This document shows, one piece after another, positions 33,356 through 44,996 of a stretch of DNA of 64,000 bases. The stretch lies in assembly GCA_963847445.1 (NCBI GenBank), contig CAWJZV010000006.1:144133-208132 (forward strand). The letters are read 5' to 3'. The DNA is from an uncultured delta proteobacterium (GTDB taxonomy: Bacteria > Desulfobacterota > Binatia > UBA9968). A program made the position numbers and the translations under genes. The first letter of the stretch is position 1, and each line of letters starts with the position of its first letter. Below the pieces are notes generated by a model that worked only from the letters and a program-made list of their open reading frames with translations, was not told the DNA's origin and ran no database searches.

Positions 33356-34917
33356 TTATTGCAACCTCCGAACAGCCGCTTCGGCACAGCGCTCGCCGTC
33401 CATCGCCGCCGACACGATGCCCCCGGCGTAACCTGCTCCTTCGCCGCAAGGAAATAAATTTATCAGCTGCGGGTTTTGCAAGGTGACATTGTCGCGCGGA
33501 ATGCGCACCGGCGAAGAAGTTCGGCTCTCCACGCCGATGATCTGGGCGTCATTGGTTAGGTATCCCGCCATTTTATGGCCGAAGCTCTTAAACCCCTGAC
33601 GGAGCGCGTCGGCGACAAAGCCGGGAAGGAAGGCGCGCATATCGGCCGCAATTAGTCCGGGGTGGTACGAGGTCTCGAGCACACTCGACGACATTCTGTT
33701 TTCTATGAAATCGCTCAGGCGCTGGGCCGGAGCGGCTTGGGTCTTGCCGGCCACCGCCCAGGCTTTTTGTTCTACTTCCGCCTGAAACTGCATGGCGGCT
33801 AGAGGACCATAGTGGTGCAGATGTTGGTAATCATGCTCATCCACCGCCACGACAATGCCCGAGTTGGCAAAGCGGGCATTTCTTTGCGAAGGGCTCATGC
33901 CATTGACGACCAGCTCGCCCGGCGAAGTGGCCGCCGGCACGATAAAGCCGCCGGGGCACATGCAGAAGGAAAACACGCCCTTGTCCTTGCCATTGATCTT
34001 CGCCTGATGCACCAGGGCATAGGCGGCGGCGGGTAAATATACACCTCGGTCTGCCTGGCAATGGTACTGAATGCTATCGATGAGGCTCTGTCGATGCTCC
34101 ACCCGCACACCTAGGGCAAAAGGCTTGGCTTCGATCAGAATCTTCTTATCGTACAGTAAGTGAAAAATATCGCGGGCGGAGTGGCCGGTGGCTAAAATCG
34201 TCGCCCGGCCTTCGATGACATCGCCATGCTGCGTGCGCACGCCTTTCATCTCACTTCCATCGAGCAAGAAATCAGTCACGCGGGTTTGAAAATGAACCTC
34301 TCCACCTGCCTGTTTGATACTCTCGCGCAGTTCGGCAACGAGTTTAGGTAGCTTATTAGTGCCGATATGCGGATGGGCATCGAAGAGGATTTCATCCTTG
34401 GCGCCATGAGCTACCAGTATCTCCAGGATGCGCTGCACGTCGCCACGCTTCTTGGAGCGCGTGTATAATTTGCCGTCGGAATAAGTGCCCGCCCCACCTT
34501 CGCCGAAGCAATAGTTCGAGTCGGGATTGACGATATGTTCTTTGTTGATAGCGGCGAGATCGTAGCGGCGCGCATGCACATCTTTGCCGCGCTCCAGCAC
34601 GATCGGTTTATAGCCCAATTCAATCAATCGGAGCGCGGCGAACAAACCGGCCGGGCCTGAACCGATGATGACGACCGGATCTTTGCTATGGACCGAGGGT
34701 AGTCCTTGGTGCGTCGCGGCGGGATGTTGGCGCGCTCGACGATGTCGTATTGCACGCGCACGACTATGTTCCGGCCGCGCGCGTCCACCGAGCGCTTGAG
34801 CGGCACCACCGCCAAACTGCCATCGCGAGGGATGGACAGCTTCTTATACAAAACCGCAACAAACAAGGCCTCGTCAAAGGCCTCTTGCGGCGTCAGGACC
34901 AGTTCTTTTATGTTCAT
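33356..34917 (-). CDS. NAD(P)/FAD-dependent oxidoreductase (COG2509-type); frameshift ~34690
   Basis: KRSVDAR, IIGSGPAG, FGEGGAGTYSDGKL, FCMCPGG and GEGAGYAGGIVSAA motifs. Confidence 0.88.
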
Positions 34918-35139
34918 ATCCGGCAGGTTTTTATCCTGCAATTTTTGTCATTACGCACCTGCTATTCCACATAGACTATAACACGCGTCATGAAAAATAT
35001 CGGAACGCTTATGCATTCGGTGTAGGAGTGTCAAGTTTATCAAACGAATGCGGCCAGTAATTGAACTGAACAATCGAGTCGATCCGGCAGTGCTTCGTTG
35101 GACTTGCAGAGCGACCCCGTCCAGCAGTAGATTCCCGCC

Positions 35140-35976
35140 ATGGCTACGAACATTGAATATGAAGTCGCAGAGCGCGATGTCGAGTATCAACGCCAGGCAG
35201 GCAAGCCTTGGCTCGCGCGCGTCTATCAACCCAAAGGATCCGGGCCGTTTCCGACCATCGTCGACGTGCACGGCGGTGCCTGGCACAACGGCGACCGGAC
35301 TAACAACGCCGGCGTCGACCGGGCGCTGGCGGCCAAGGGTATCGTGGTGGCGGCGATCGATTTCCGCCAGCCGCCGGAGGCGGGTTATCCGGCGTCGATC
35401 TGCGACGTGAATTTAGCCATTCGCTGGCTCAAGACGCATGCGGCGGAGTTCAACGGCACGACCACTGTCGGCGCCTTCGGCAATTCCAGCGGCGGCCATC
35501 AAGTGGTGCTCAGTGCGCTGCGGCCGCGGCACGCGGCTTATTCTACGCTGCCGCTGCCGAACCATCCTGAGATCGACGCCAGCCTCGCCTATGTGATCGC
35601 GGCCTGGCCGGTGATCTGCCCGCTGTACCGGTTTCGTTTCGCCAAGGAGTTCAACCGTGAAGAACATATCACGGCGCATATTGAATACTGGCGGACGGAA
35701 GAAGCGATGGCCGAAGGCAGTCCGCAATCGATCATTGAAAATGAAAAGCAGGTCGAACTACCGCCGATTTTGTACTTGCTGAAGGCGAACGACAAAAATC
35801 ATCCGCTGGAAATGCAGGAGCGTTTCATCGCGTCGTATCGCAAATGCGGCGGCGCCATCGAGGTGCATACTTTCGACGGCCTGCCGGAGCACCGCATGGT
35901 GCCGTCGCCTGTTGAGCCGGAAACCATGCGCTTCATCGACATCGTCAGCGCATTCATTGGGCAGCAAAGCAAATAG
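35140..35976 (+). CDS. Alpha/beta hydrolase
   Basis: HGGAW and GNSSGG motifs. Confidence 0.88.
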   Translation: MATNIEYEVAERDVEYQRQAGKPWLARVYQPKGSGPFPTIVDVHGGAWHNGDRTNNAGVDRALAAKGIVVAAIDFRQPPEAGYPASICDVNLAIRWLKTHAAEFNGTTTVGAFGNSSGGHQVVLSALRPRHAAYSTLPLPNHPEIDASLAYVIAAWPVICPLYRFRFAKEFNREEHITAHIEYWRTEEAMAEGSPQSIIENEKQVELPPILYLLKANDKNHPLEMQERFIASYRKCGGAIEVHTFDGLPEHRMVPSPVEPETMRFIDIVSAFIGQQSK

Positions 35977-36283
35977 GAACTGCGGCCGGCCTCTTGATTC
36001 ATCGTTCGGCTAGTGGCGACACTCTTCCTCAGAGCGGATTTCTAAACCATCGGTAACGCGCCGTCATGCGGCAACAGAGTGTAGATCTCGGAACGGTGCC
36101 TTCACGAGAAAGAGATTTTGCTTTTAAGAAAATTTGTCGACTACAGGGCAACGTAGATAAAGTTCTGAGTTCGCAAGGGGGCGAGTAATCAACTCATACC
36201 CTGTTCGACGCTAAACCTTCCAACAAAAACTTGTATTCTGTGAGCGCCGACCTGATCATGGCGCCGGCGGAAAGTGACACAGC

Positions 36284-37342
36284 CTACGGTGCTGAAGGCA
36301 AGGCGTCCGCGCCGGAGAGCTTGTTAAACAATTCGACAACTTCACGGTCCCGGGGCAAGTCACGAATTGCCTTCTCGAGTTCCTCCGGCGGCAACGGCGT
36401 GGGCTCCTCGCCGACAAGCTTTTTAAATTCTGCGTAGAATTCAGGATCAGCAAAAGTCTTGCGCATCGCTTCTCGCAGGATCTGGACCTTATCGGGGGGT
36501 GTTCCCGGAGGAAGGATGAACGGAGTTCCCGCACTGACAAAGGCCCTTTGCATGGCAAGAAGTTTTCGGTCCTTCTCCGATTTCGTAAACCGTTCGATAT
36601 CGGGCAGCCGGGCGAAGACGGGATGAGGGTGTCTTCGCCCCTTCGGAACCTCGTTGACGACATGAAAATCCATCAGTTTCTTGTCGATCCAGTCGGGCGC
36701 TTCTCGTACCAGAGTGGCCTGAATGGTCCACCGAGCATCGAGCTCGCCTTGCATCAAGGCGAGATTGACTTCGTGACCTTGGGCGAATCCGGTAACGAAC
36801 TTTGGCTCTTTCATGCCGACCAGGTACGCGAGGATGCGGCCGATGTTGTAAAGATTATGCCCGACAGACTGGGCGCCGATGCGCACGCCTGAGGCGCTAC
36901 GGAGCTTCTCCATGCTATCCAGGCGCGCCTCCTTACGGCTCAAAAAAATGTAGGGTTCGCCGCTGGTAGGTGAGCCAAGATAGTTTAGTTTATTGATGTC
37001 ATAGAGAACCCCGGTGGAGTCGAGCACAGCCGCCGGTACAAAGCTTGAGAGCATAACGCCCATGGTCAGCCCGTCCGGTCGCGCCCGATAGATGTAGTTG
37101 CCGGCCTTTCGCGATCCACCGCCCGGCATGTACTCGATGATGAAGGTCGGTCTTCCCGGTATGTGTTTCCGCAGAACAGAAGCGGTCGCTCTGAAGCGCA
37201 AATCAACCGTGCCTCCGGGTCCGCCCCCGTAGACAACATTGATGGTCTTGCCTTGATAGAAGTGAGACTGAGAGATTCCGTGTCCGGGGAGCCCGATGCT
37301 CAACGGCATGGCCAAGAAAATCATCACAGCCAGTTTTTTCAC
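36284..37342 (-). CDS. Bug/TctC-like binding protein
   Basis: FYQGKTI, PGGGS, PDGLT, GELDA and PPGTP motifs; paralogue of 23973-25022. Confidence 0.87.
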   Translation of the reverse strand: MKKLAVMIFLAMPLSIGLPGHGISQSHFYQGKTINVVYGGGPGGTVDLRFRATASVLRKHIPGRPTFIIEYMPGGGSRKAGNYIYRARPDGLTMGVMLSSFVPAAVLDSTGVLYDINKLNYLGSPTSGEPYIFLSRKEARLDSMEKLRSASGVRIGAQSVGHNLYNIGRILAYLVGMKEPKFVTGFAQGHEVNLALMQGELDARWTIQATLVREAPDWIDKKLMDFHVVNEVPKGRRHPHPVFARLPDIERFTKSEKDRKLLAMQRAFVSAGTPFILPPGTPPDKVQILREAMRKTFADPEFYAEFKKLVGEEPTPLPPEELEKAIRDLPRDREVVELFNKLSGADALPSAP

Positions 37343-37637
37343 GGCAACCTCCTGGGCGATTTCACGGAGGATCAGATTGACACAGTGCCTCGTTAGCACA
37401 CACTGTTCCCTCAGACAATGGCGATGACCAGGCGCGAGTCGTGCACGCGACCCGGTCGCGGAGACGCACGCGCAACCTCGACGACAGCGGCTTTATCCAC
37501 CGGACCTTCACTGCGCTAGGAAAAGATTTGTTCTTGATCAGATTGATATGCCAGACCGGTTAGCCCATTCGATCACGGCACAGGATCACCGACACGGCGG
37601 TAAACGGTTTGATTGTCGGAAACGATTTATGCGCTCG

Positions 37638-38030
37638 TTAATCGATTAGCGCCTTACCGCCGGCCTTGATTTCTTGACCTTCGGGACCGAAACGAGAATT
37701 GGCATAGGTTTCCGCCCGGCTGCCCAAGAAAACATAGCCGGTGTGGCTTGGCGCTTCCTGTTGGTAATACTGCCCCTTGGGGATGACGACCATCACGCCC
37801 GGGGTAATGGATTGCCTCGTCCCGTCCGGGAAATTTATCATGCATTCCCCTTGGAGACCGTAAAAGGCTTGATCTGCCGTATGTCTATGCATCGGCCCCT
37901 TGTCGCCGGGTACACTATGGTGAATCCAGACATGATAGTTGTCGGAATTGAAAAGGAGCCTCTCATGCTTGCCAGCTCCCGCTCCTTTCAACGCCGGGTG
38001 CTGGTTAACATCGATACGCTTAGCGGGCAT
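37638..38030 (-). CDS. Cupin-domain protein
   Basis: MHRH...DQAFYGLQG...PGVMVVIPKG. Confidence 0.75.
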   Translation of the reverse strand: MPAKRIDVNQHPALKGAGAGKHERLLFNSDNYHVWIHHSVPGDKGPMHRHTADQAFYGLQGECMINFPDGTRQSITPGVMVVIPKGQYYQQEAPSHTGYVFLGSRAETYANSRFGPEGQEIKAGGKALID

Positions 38031-38339
38031 AAACACCTCCACTATTTTTATTCTAAATAATTTTCTTGGTAGGCGATGACACGGCGCGGTTGGTCGGCCT
38101 GTCGCTGTTTCCTCTCACTAGAAAACAGTCTTTTTGCTTCGTCAATGTTGTGCTCTGTGCCTCACCGATACTCTAAACTAGAATGTCGTGTCAACCAGGC
38201 AACCATTCGAATTGGCCTTGACACCGATCAGGCTTCGATATAGTCGACGAATGGCGGGAGGAGAGAGTGGTTGAATGAGTCGCGCAGAGGGTTGAACCGT
38301 CACTACGTCAGAGGATCAAGGCAGCGAAAGGAGATTGCT

Positions 38340-39392
38340 ATGAAAGAACGAGTGCTTTTGCTTACGCTGATTTTCTGTTTTCCAATGTTACTTCCGAACA
38401 TCGCTCCCAAAGCCGGAGCGCAGGGCGATCAGTTTTATAAGGGAAAGACCATTCGCATCATGGTGGGTTCGACGGCCGGTGGATTTTATGACCGGTGGGG
38501 CCGTCTGTTCGGCAAGTACATGAGCAAGTATATTCCCGGCCAGCCCGAGTTCGTCGTGCAAAATATGACCGGTGCCGGCTCCGTGATCGCCGCCAACCAC
38601 GTATTCAACGTCGCGAAACCGGACGGTCTGACCCTGGTGATGCCGCTCAACGGCGTCTACATCGACCAGTTTGTCGGCCGTAAGGAAGTCCAGTTCGATA
38701 TGCGCAAGTTCCGATTCATCGGCAGTCCGGTGACTGAAGCCATCGTCTTCTACATGCGCGCCGACGCTCCCTACAAGTCCATCGCGGAGATCATCAAAGC
38801 GAAAGAGCCGCCCAAGTGCGGCGGCAGCGGCACCGCGAGCAGCGATTTTATCCTGTCCAAAGTGTTGGAGGAGACGGTGGGGGCGAAGTTCAACACGGTG
38901 TTGGGCTATGCCGGCGGCACCGAGATCGATCTGGCGGTGGAGAAAAACGAGGTGGTTTGCCGCGCGCACAGCATGTCCGCCCACTTTGGCCGGGAACCCT
39001 TCGATACCTGGCACAAGCGGGGTTTCGACCGGCATCTCGTTTACACCTCCAGCAAAAAGGATCCGCGTGTCACCGACGCGCCGACGCTCAACGAACTCTT
39101 TGATCAATACAAGGTGCCGGCAAGCAGCCGCCGTCTCGCGCAGGTGCTTTTGGCGGCCGGGGATTTCGGCCGGCCGATGATGGTGACGCCGGGCACCCCG
39201 CCCGACCGAGTCAAGATGCTGAGAGACGCCTTTGTCAAAACCTTGAGCGACCCCGAAGTGATTGAGGAAGCGAAAAAAGGGCGGATGGATATAGACCCCG
39301 CGACCGGTGAAGAGCTGGAAAAATTAGTAAAAGAGATTTTTGACTCTCCGCCGGACGTCGTCGAGCGGGTGAAGAAAATTCTCGCCAACTGA
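38340..39392 (+). CDS. Bug/TctC-like binding protein
   Basis: FYKGKTIRIMVG, VQNMTGAGS, KPDGLT and PGTPPDRV motifs. Confidence 0.9.
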   Translation: MKERVLLLTLIFCFPMLLPNIAPKAGAQGDQFYKGKTIRIMVGSTAGGFYDRWGRLFGKYMSKYIPGQPEFVVQNMTGAGSVIAANHVFNVAKPDGLTLVMPLNGVYIDQFVGRKEVQFDMRKFRFIGSPVTEAIVFYMRADAPYKSIAEIIKAKEPPKCGGSGTASSDFILSKVLEETVGAKFNTVLGYAGGTEIDLAVEKNEVVCRAHSMSAHFGREPFDTWHKRGFDRHLVYTSSKKDPRVTDAPTLNELFDQYKVPASSRRLAQVLLAAGDFGRPMMVTPGTPPDRVKMLRDAFVKTLSDPEVIEEAKKGRMDIDPATGEELEKLVKEIFDSPPDVVERVKKILAN

Positions 39393-39728
39393 GCGGTATC
39401 GGAGTAAAGGCTTTTGCAGAATGTGTCCGGCTTCTGAGGCTGGTGCGAGATCTTGAATCAAGCGCTTATCGTTCGTCGCGGCGCGTCGTTTCGTTCTACT
39501 CCCTCGAACCCGGGTGAAACGAAACTGCGCGCCGCCTCGCTTGATGGTTTTTCGATCAAGAAGTAAGCGGCAAACGTGTTCACGGAAATCGCCGACGGCA
39601 AAGGAACGCGCACAATCAAATAAGCACTCTCTGATATCGTTTTCACATACTGTACCGGCGTCAGAATTTCTCACGCCGAAGAATAGTCTGAACAGTGAGC
39701 CGATTGCGAATGCCCGATGAGGAAAAAC

Positions 39729-40859
39729 TCAAAAGCCCAAGATCTTGAACTGAACCGTTCCGGTGAGATTTGTCTGCTGGTGGTCCGGCGCAGTGAGCCG
39801 GGATTCGTTCTTGTATTCCAGTTGCAACGACACCGATTGCTCGCCCAAGAAAGACTTACCGAGTTTCCAATTCAAGCCCGTGGCGGCATTTACAAGCGAT
39901 CCCGCTCTGAGCGGGTCTTCGCTCGAGTCTCGGGCGTAAGAAGCTCGTCCGATCCATTGCAGGTCGCGAGAAGGCGTATAGGTTAGACCGAAGCCGGCCG
40001 AACAAGTATCGGTCTTGAGGCTCGTGATCGGCGCCCATTCCTGCTTGAAGCTCACGTTGGGCTCAAGCGTAAGCAGCGACGTGAACCGGTAGGCGAAAGA
40101 CAGTCCATGGCTAAGCGCAAGAGTTTTTTGATCTAAATGTTCGTTGTTCGCCATCGTTGAATAACTCGACGACAATGCCGCGTTCCAGCCCGGTTTGTTC
40201 AGGTAAAAGGATGTCGCCGTCGTTCTGGTAAGGGTCAACTGGCGGGTATCGAAGTTGTCTTCCGACATTTCCCCGACGGCACCGCGCACCCGGTATGGAC
40301 CCAAGTCATATTCCGCCCAGATTTGACTTTCGTCGCGAGCGTGCTCCGTCTTCAAGCCAGCGGGCGATACGTAACCGCGACCGGAAGAACGAGTGGACAA
40401 CCCATAACCTAACTTTTCCCAGCGTCCGTGCACTCCTAACCGGGTCATCATGGGTAGTCGATCACTTGATGGCGGGATGCCCAGCGTGCTGTAAGCGGCT
40501 TCGGCCTCGCCGACGAGTTTCCCGCCAAATTGTGATGACACGGCGAGTAAATCGGCATATTTCCCCAACCACATCGGATCGCTCGCGCTGCCGAGGGCCG
40601 CGGGTTCCTGGATACGCTTCTCAAAGTAGGACGCTTTTACTTCGAGCAACTTGCGGCCGAACTCCAAGGCAAAATTTACCTTCGACAACGGTGCAGTGGC
40701 ATCTATTTGTACTCCATTGATGCCGGCGAACGCATTTGGAAAGAGCGCTGTCGCTTCGGAAATTTCCGAGGGAAACGTACCGGACACCTCTGCTTGTGCG
40801 AATGCCAAGGTGCGGCAAAGGCACGAGACGAGGAAAAGCAGTGAGGTAAGCCTGATCAC
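39729..40859 (-). CDS. Exported protein, probable outer-membrane beta-barrel
   Basis: Signal peptide (AFAQA), alternating amphipathic strands and a C-terminal Phe (QFKILGF). Confidence 0.6.
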   Translation of the reverse strand: MIRLTSLLFLVSCLCRTLAFAQAEVSGTFPSEISEATALFPNAFAGINGVQIDATAPLSKVNFALEFGRKLLEVKASYFEKRIQEPAALGSASDPMWLGKYADLLAVSSQFGGKLVGEAEAAYSTLGIPPSSDRLPMMTRLGVHGRWEKLGYGLSTRSSGRGYVSPAGLKTEHARDESQIWAEYDLGPYRVRGAVGEMSEDNFDTRQLTLTRTTATSFYLNKPGWNAALSSSYSTMANNEHLDQKTLALSHGLSFAYRFTSLLTLEPNVSFKQEWAPITSLKTDTCSAGFGLTYTPSRDLQWIGRASYARDSSEDPLRAGSLVNAATGLNWKLGKSFLGEQSVSLQLEYKNESRLTAPDHQQTNLTGTVQFKILGF

Positions 40860-41320
40860 AGCGTTTGAACCGCGACGCGTGCAAGGACGAGACCGGCTGC
40901 GGAAAAGAAAAATGGCCAGATCTAACTACTCCACCGGGCGAGTGGCTAAACGACTGCCCTATACCGAATCGAAATGGATGTCTGATCGAGATGCGGCAAC
41001 GAACCAGCAAAGTCGCAGCAGAAATGCTACTGCGATGCGGTAAAAAAGTCTAGATTTTTTTGGCCGAGGCAAAAATTTATTGTCGTGAGCAAATCACGGG
41101 TGATAAATTAGGCAGCCGGCCCATTAGTTAGGCACGTCACGGCGTGATTTCATGCACCGGGCTTGTGAAATCAAATGAATCTGCATGGCAGTTTCTCCTC
41201 CGGCATCGGCATGGCAGTTGCTCTTTAATAGCGCCTTCTCGTAAAACTATTGTCGAAGGGGCTTGATCCGTAGCCCCAGTGTATGGTGAAAAGTAAAATG
41301 ACCGCGAAGGGATTTAGACC

Positions 41321-43983
41321 TTGAGCCAAACCAAACCCGCGCTGCTTGATGCGGATTACGTTTTGACGTTGGAAGAAATCGCCGCATTGGCAGCCGAAGG
41401 CGGCAAGCCGGCGGAAACTTTGATGAACGTCGTCGCGTTGATCGCTAAGAGATTCCAGACCGACGTATGTTCGGCGTATTTACTCGAGCCGGATCGCGCC
41501 AACCTGGTCCTGGCCGCCACGCTTGGACTTCGACCGCAATGTATCGGCACCCTGCGCATGCCGATCCATGAAGGGCTATCCGGCCTGGTGGCGGAGGAAG
41601 TGCGCCCGATCGCGGTGCAGCAAGTGAGAAATCATCCACGCTTCAAATATTTTAAAGAAGCTGGCGAAGAGGCTTACCAGTCGTTCCTCGGCGTCCCGCT
41701 CGTCGATCGGGGAGTCTTGCAGGGAGTCCTGGTCGTCCAAACCATCGAGGATCGTAGTTTTCGAGACGTCGAAATCCGCATGATGGCCGAGGCCGCCGCG
41801 CAGCTTGCGCCGGTGATCTCTGAAGCGCGCACTCTGGCGCGCTTCATCGCGCCGCTTCAGGAGCGGCTCTGGTCGCTGGCGCGCAATCTCTGGTGGAGTT
41901 GGGATCAGGACTCTGTCAACGTGTTTCTCGACCTCGACCCGACGCAATGGCGCCAGCTCAATCACAATCCAGTCACGCTGCTTGGCGAGATGCCCTTAGC
42001 GGGGATCGAGCGCCGGGCCCGGGAGCTCGTGCTGCACGGCCGGATCAATTACGCCTACCGGCGCCAGCAGGAATATCTCCAGGCGGATCGCACCTGGGGG
42101 GCGAACCACGCGGGCGTGCTGCGGCCGCGTCCGGTGGCCTATTTTTCCGCCGAGTTCGGCTTGCATGAATCGATTCCGATTTATTCCGGTGGACTCGGCG
42201 TTTTGGCCGGCGATCACATCAAGAGCGCCTCGGATCTCGATATCCCGCTGGTCGGCGTCGGGCTATTTTACAGCCACGGTTATTTTCGCCAGCAGCTCGA
42301 TCTCAACGGCTGGCAGCAAGAAGTGTATCTCCAAACCGACGTGAATGAACAGCCGATGGAACCGGCGATCGGCGCCAATGGCGAGCCGGTCACCGTGCAA
42401 ATCGAGACCCGCGGCAGCTCGATCAAAGCCAAAGTTTGGCGCATGAAAGTCGGCCGCTGCGACCTGTTGCTGCTCGACTCAAACGTAGAAGGCAACACGC
42501 CGGAAGATTTGCAACTCACGGCGAACCTGTACGGCGGCGACGCGCGCATGCGCATCCGCCATGAGTTGCTGCTCGGCGTCGGCGGTTTTCGCGCGCTGAG
42601 AGCGATGGGCATCACGCCGAGCGTGCTGCACATGAACGAAGGCCACAGCGGTTTCGCCGTGCTCGAAGCGATTCGCACCCGCATGGAGGACGAGGGGTTG
42701 AGCTTCGATCAAGCGGCGCCGCGGGTTTCGCGCCAGGTGGTTTTCACGACTCACACCCCGGTGCCGGCGGGCCATGACCGCTTTCACTCCGACCTGATGG
42801 AGGAACATCTCGGACCGCTGCGCGAGCAGCTTGGCTTGTCGCACGATCGACTGATGGCGCTTGGACGGGAAAATCCCGGCAACGCTTACGAGGAGTTTTG
42901 CATGACCGTGCTGGCGCTTAAACTCTCGCGCCGCGCCAATGCCGTATCGGCTTTGCACGGCGAAGTGTCGCGCAATATGTGGACTGGACTCTATCCGGGC
43001 AAGCCGGAAGACGCCGTGCCGATCGGCCACATCACCAACGGCGTGCACGTCCCCACCTGGCTGGCGCCGCAAATGTTCCGGCTCTATGACCGCCATTTCG
43101 GCAGCGGCTGGCACCAGCACGGCGCCGAGGGGCGCATTTGGGAAGCGATCGAGTCGGTCGACGACGGCGAGCTTTGGGAAACCCACCTGAGCTTGAAGTC
43201 GCGGTTGATCGAATTCGTCCGCCAACGCGCCGTCGAGCAGGCCGAGCGCCGCGACGAGCCGCCGCAAAACCTGCGCCGAATCGCCCGAGTGCTGAGCCCG
43301 GACGCGCTCACCATCGGCTTCGGGCGCCGCTTCGCCACCTACAAGCGAGCCAATCTGCTACTGAAGGACATCGAAATGCTCGCTTCGATGGTCAACGATC
43401 CGAAGCGCCCGGTGCAATTCGTTTTCGCCGGCAAGGCGCACCCGCACGACGAACCCGGCAAGCGGGTCTTGCAGCAGATCGCCGAGTTGATGCGCAATCC
43501 GGAGTTCGCCGAAAAGTTCGTGTTCGTCGAGGACTACGACATCAACGTCGGCCGCCATTTCGTCCAAGGCGTCGATGTGTGGCTGAACAATCCGCGCCGG
43601 CCGTTGGAAGCCTCCGGGCACCAGCGGCATGAAAGTGGTTTTGAACGGCGGGCCTGAATCTCTCCGTCCTCGACGGCTGGTGGGCCGAAGCTTACGACGG
43701 GCTGAATGGTTTCGCCATCGGCACCGGCAAGACCCATACGAACATGGATGTTCACGATACCCGCGACGGCGAAGACTTGTACAAGACCTTGCGCGAAGAA
43801 GTGATCCCGCTGTACTACCAGCGCGACCGCGACGGCCTGCCGCGCGGCTGGATCAAGCGCATGAAGCGCACCATCCGCACCCTGGGCTGGCGCTTCAACG
43901 CCGATCGCATGGTGATGGACTACACGACGAAGTGCTACGTCCCCGCCGCCGGCGGCACGTCGAGCGATATGAGCCCGACGTAG
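41321..43983 (+). CDS. glgP: Alpha-glucan (glycogen) phosphorylase with N-terminal GAF domain; two +1 frameshifts at ~43616 and ~43653
   Basis: GAF domain (~aa 15-170), then LARNLWWSW, YSGGLGVLAGD, NEGH, RRFATYKR and the PLP-lysine motif EASGTSGMK, which is restored by removing the extra G and C. Confidence 0.93.
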
Positions 43984-44207
43984 GGCGGGTGAGATCCGCG
44001 CTGCGCTTTATTTGCTTCCTTGTCGTTCCGACCCATCAGGCTCAGGACTACCAAGCTTTTCTTGCCATCCTTGCGCTAGCGAAAGCGCGGCAGCACCCGG
44101 TTAAGCGGTATTGCCGTTTCGTCGATGCCGAATCATTTTCATTTTGTGATCGAGTCGTCACATCACCGAGCATGGCCCTGGTGTTCATTTTTCGTAAAGC
44201 GGGCGAC
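43953..44207 (+). repeat. Copy 1 of a ~250-bp imperfect direct repeat (glgP 3' end plus RAYT transposase relic)
   Basis: Aligns with 48034-48280; encodes QDYQAFLAILALAKAR...MPNHFHFVIE. Confidence 0.9.
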
Positions 44208-44356
44208 GTCGAGCAGAACGTTTCGATGTCATAGCTTTACTCCGGTTAGTGGCTTGAATCGTAGATGCCGCATCCAAGCCACTCTTGGCCGCTCTCACTC
44301 TGAGAGGTGCTTTTTAATGGCTGGATCTCAAACCGAGAATGCTCTGTTGGGAGATA

Positions 44357-44995
44357 TTAGACGAGATTCTTCTCTTGGGCGTAGCGCGTGAGTTTGGTTC
44401 GACTATCCAGATCGAGCTTCTGATAAATGTTGTGCAGATGTATCTTGACCGTTCCTTCAGAGATGAAGAGCCGCTTTGCTATCTCTATATTACGCAGGCC
44501 CGCGGCCACCTCCTTAACGATTTCTATCTCCCGGCCCGTCAGAATCTGAGCGGCTTCCTGCCTTCCGGACTCGCGCCGGATTAGTTTTTGTAACGCCGTA
44601 GTCACCGAGTGCTTCTCCAGCCAGAGCCCGCCTGCGTGCACCTCGCGGACGCATTGTATCAGGAGTTTGGGGGCTAGTTCTTTTAGCACCAGGCCACGTA
44701 CCCCAAGACGAATAGCCTCGACCACCTCTTCCTCATCAACTGCGGCCGTAAGAAGCACTACAGGTGTGGTTATATTTTCATCTCTCATCGCCTGAAGCAC
44801 CGCGAGGCCGCCTTTGCCAGGCATGCGGATATCGAGGATTAAAATATCCGGGTTGTGTTTGCGCAACGCGGTCAGAGTCTCCTCGCCGTCGAGGCAGCGG
44901 GCCATGATCTTGAGGTCTTTCTCAAGACTGAAGAGCTTCTCTAAGCCGTCAAGGATCAGAGCGTGATCGTCTGCAAGTATCAGACTAATAGACAT
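44357..44995 (-). CDS. NarL/LuxR-family response regulator
   Basis: ADDH, LDIRMP and LTGREIEI...ISEGTVKIHL motifs. Confidence 0.95.
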   Translation of the reverse strand: MSISLILADDHALILDGLEKLFSLEKDLKIMARCLDGEETLTALRKHNPDILILDIRMPGKGGLAVLQAMRDENITTPVVLLTAAVDEEEVVEAIRLGVRGLVLKELAPKLLIQCVREVHAGGLWLEKHSVTTALQKLIRRESGRQEAAQILTGREIEIVKEVAAGLRNIEIAKRLFISEGTVKIHLHNIYQKLDLDSRTKLTRYAQEKNLV

Positions 44996-44996
44996 C

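Noticed and set aside
33028-33387. 119-aa ORF between the DUF3014 and oxidoreductase genes
   Set aside because: No RBS or motif, and it overlaps the neighbouring gene's end; cannot be supported.
43600-43660. Programmed frameshifting in glgP or gpsA
   Set aside because: Several shifts per gene in short G/C runs without slippery heptamers; sequencing error is the simpler explanation.
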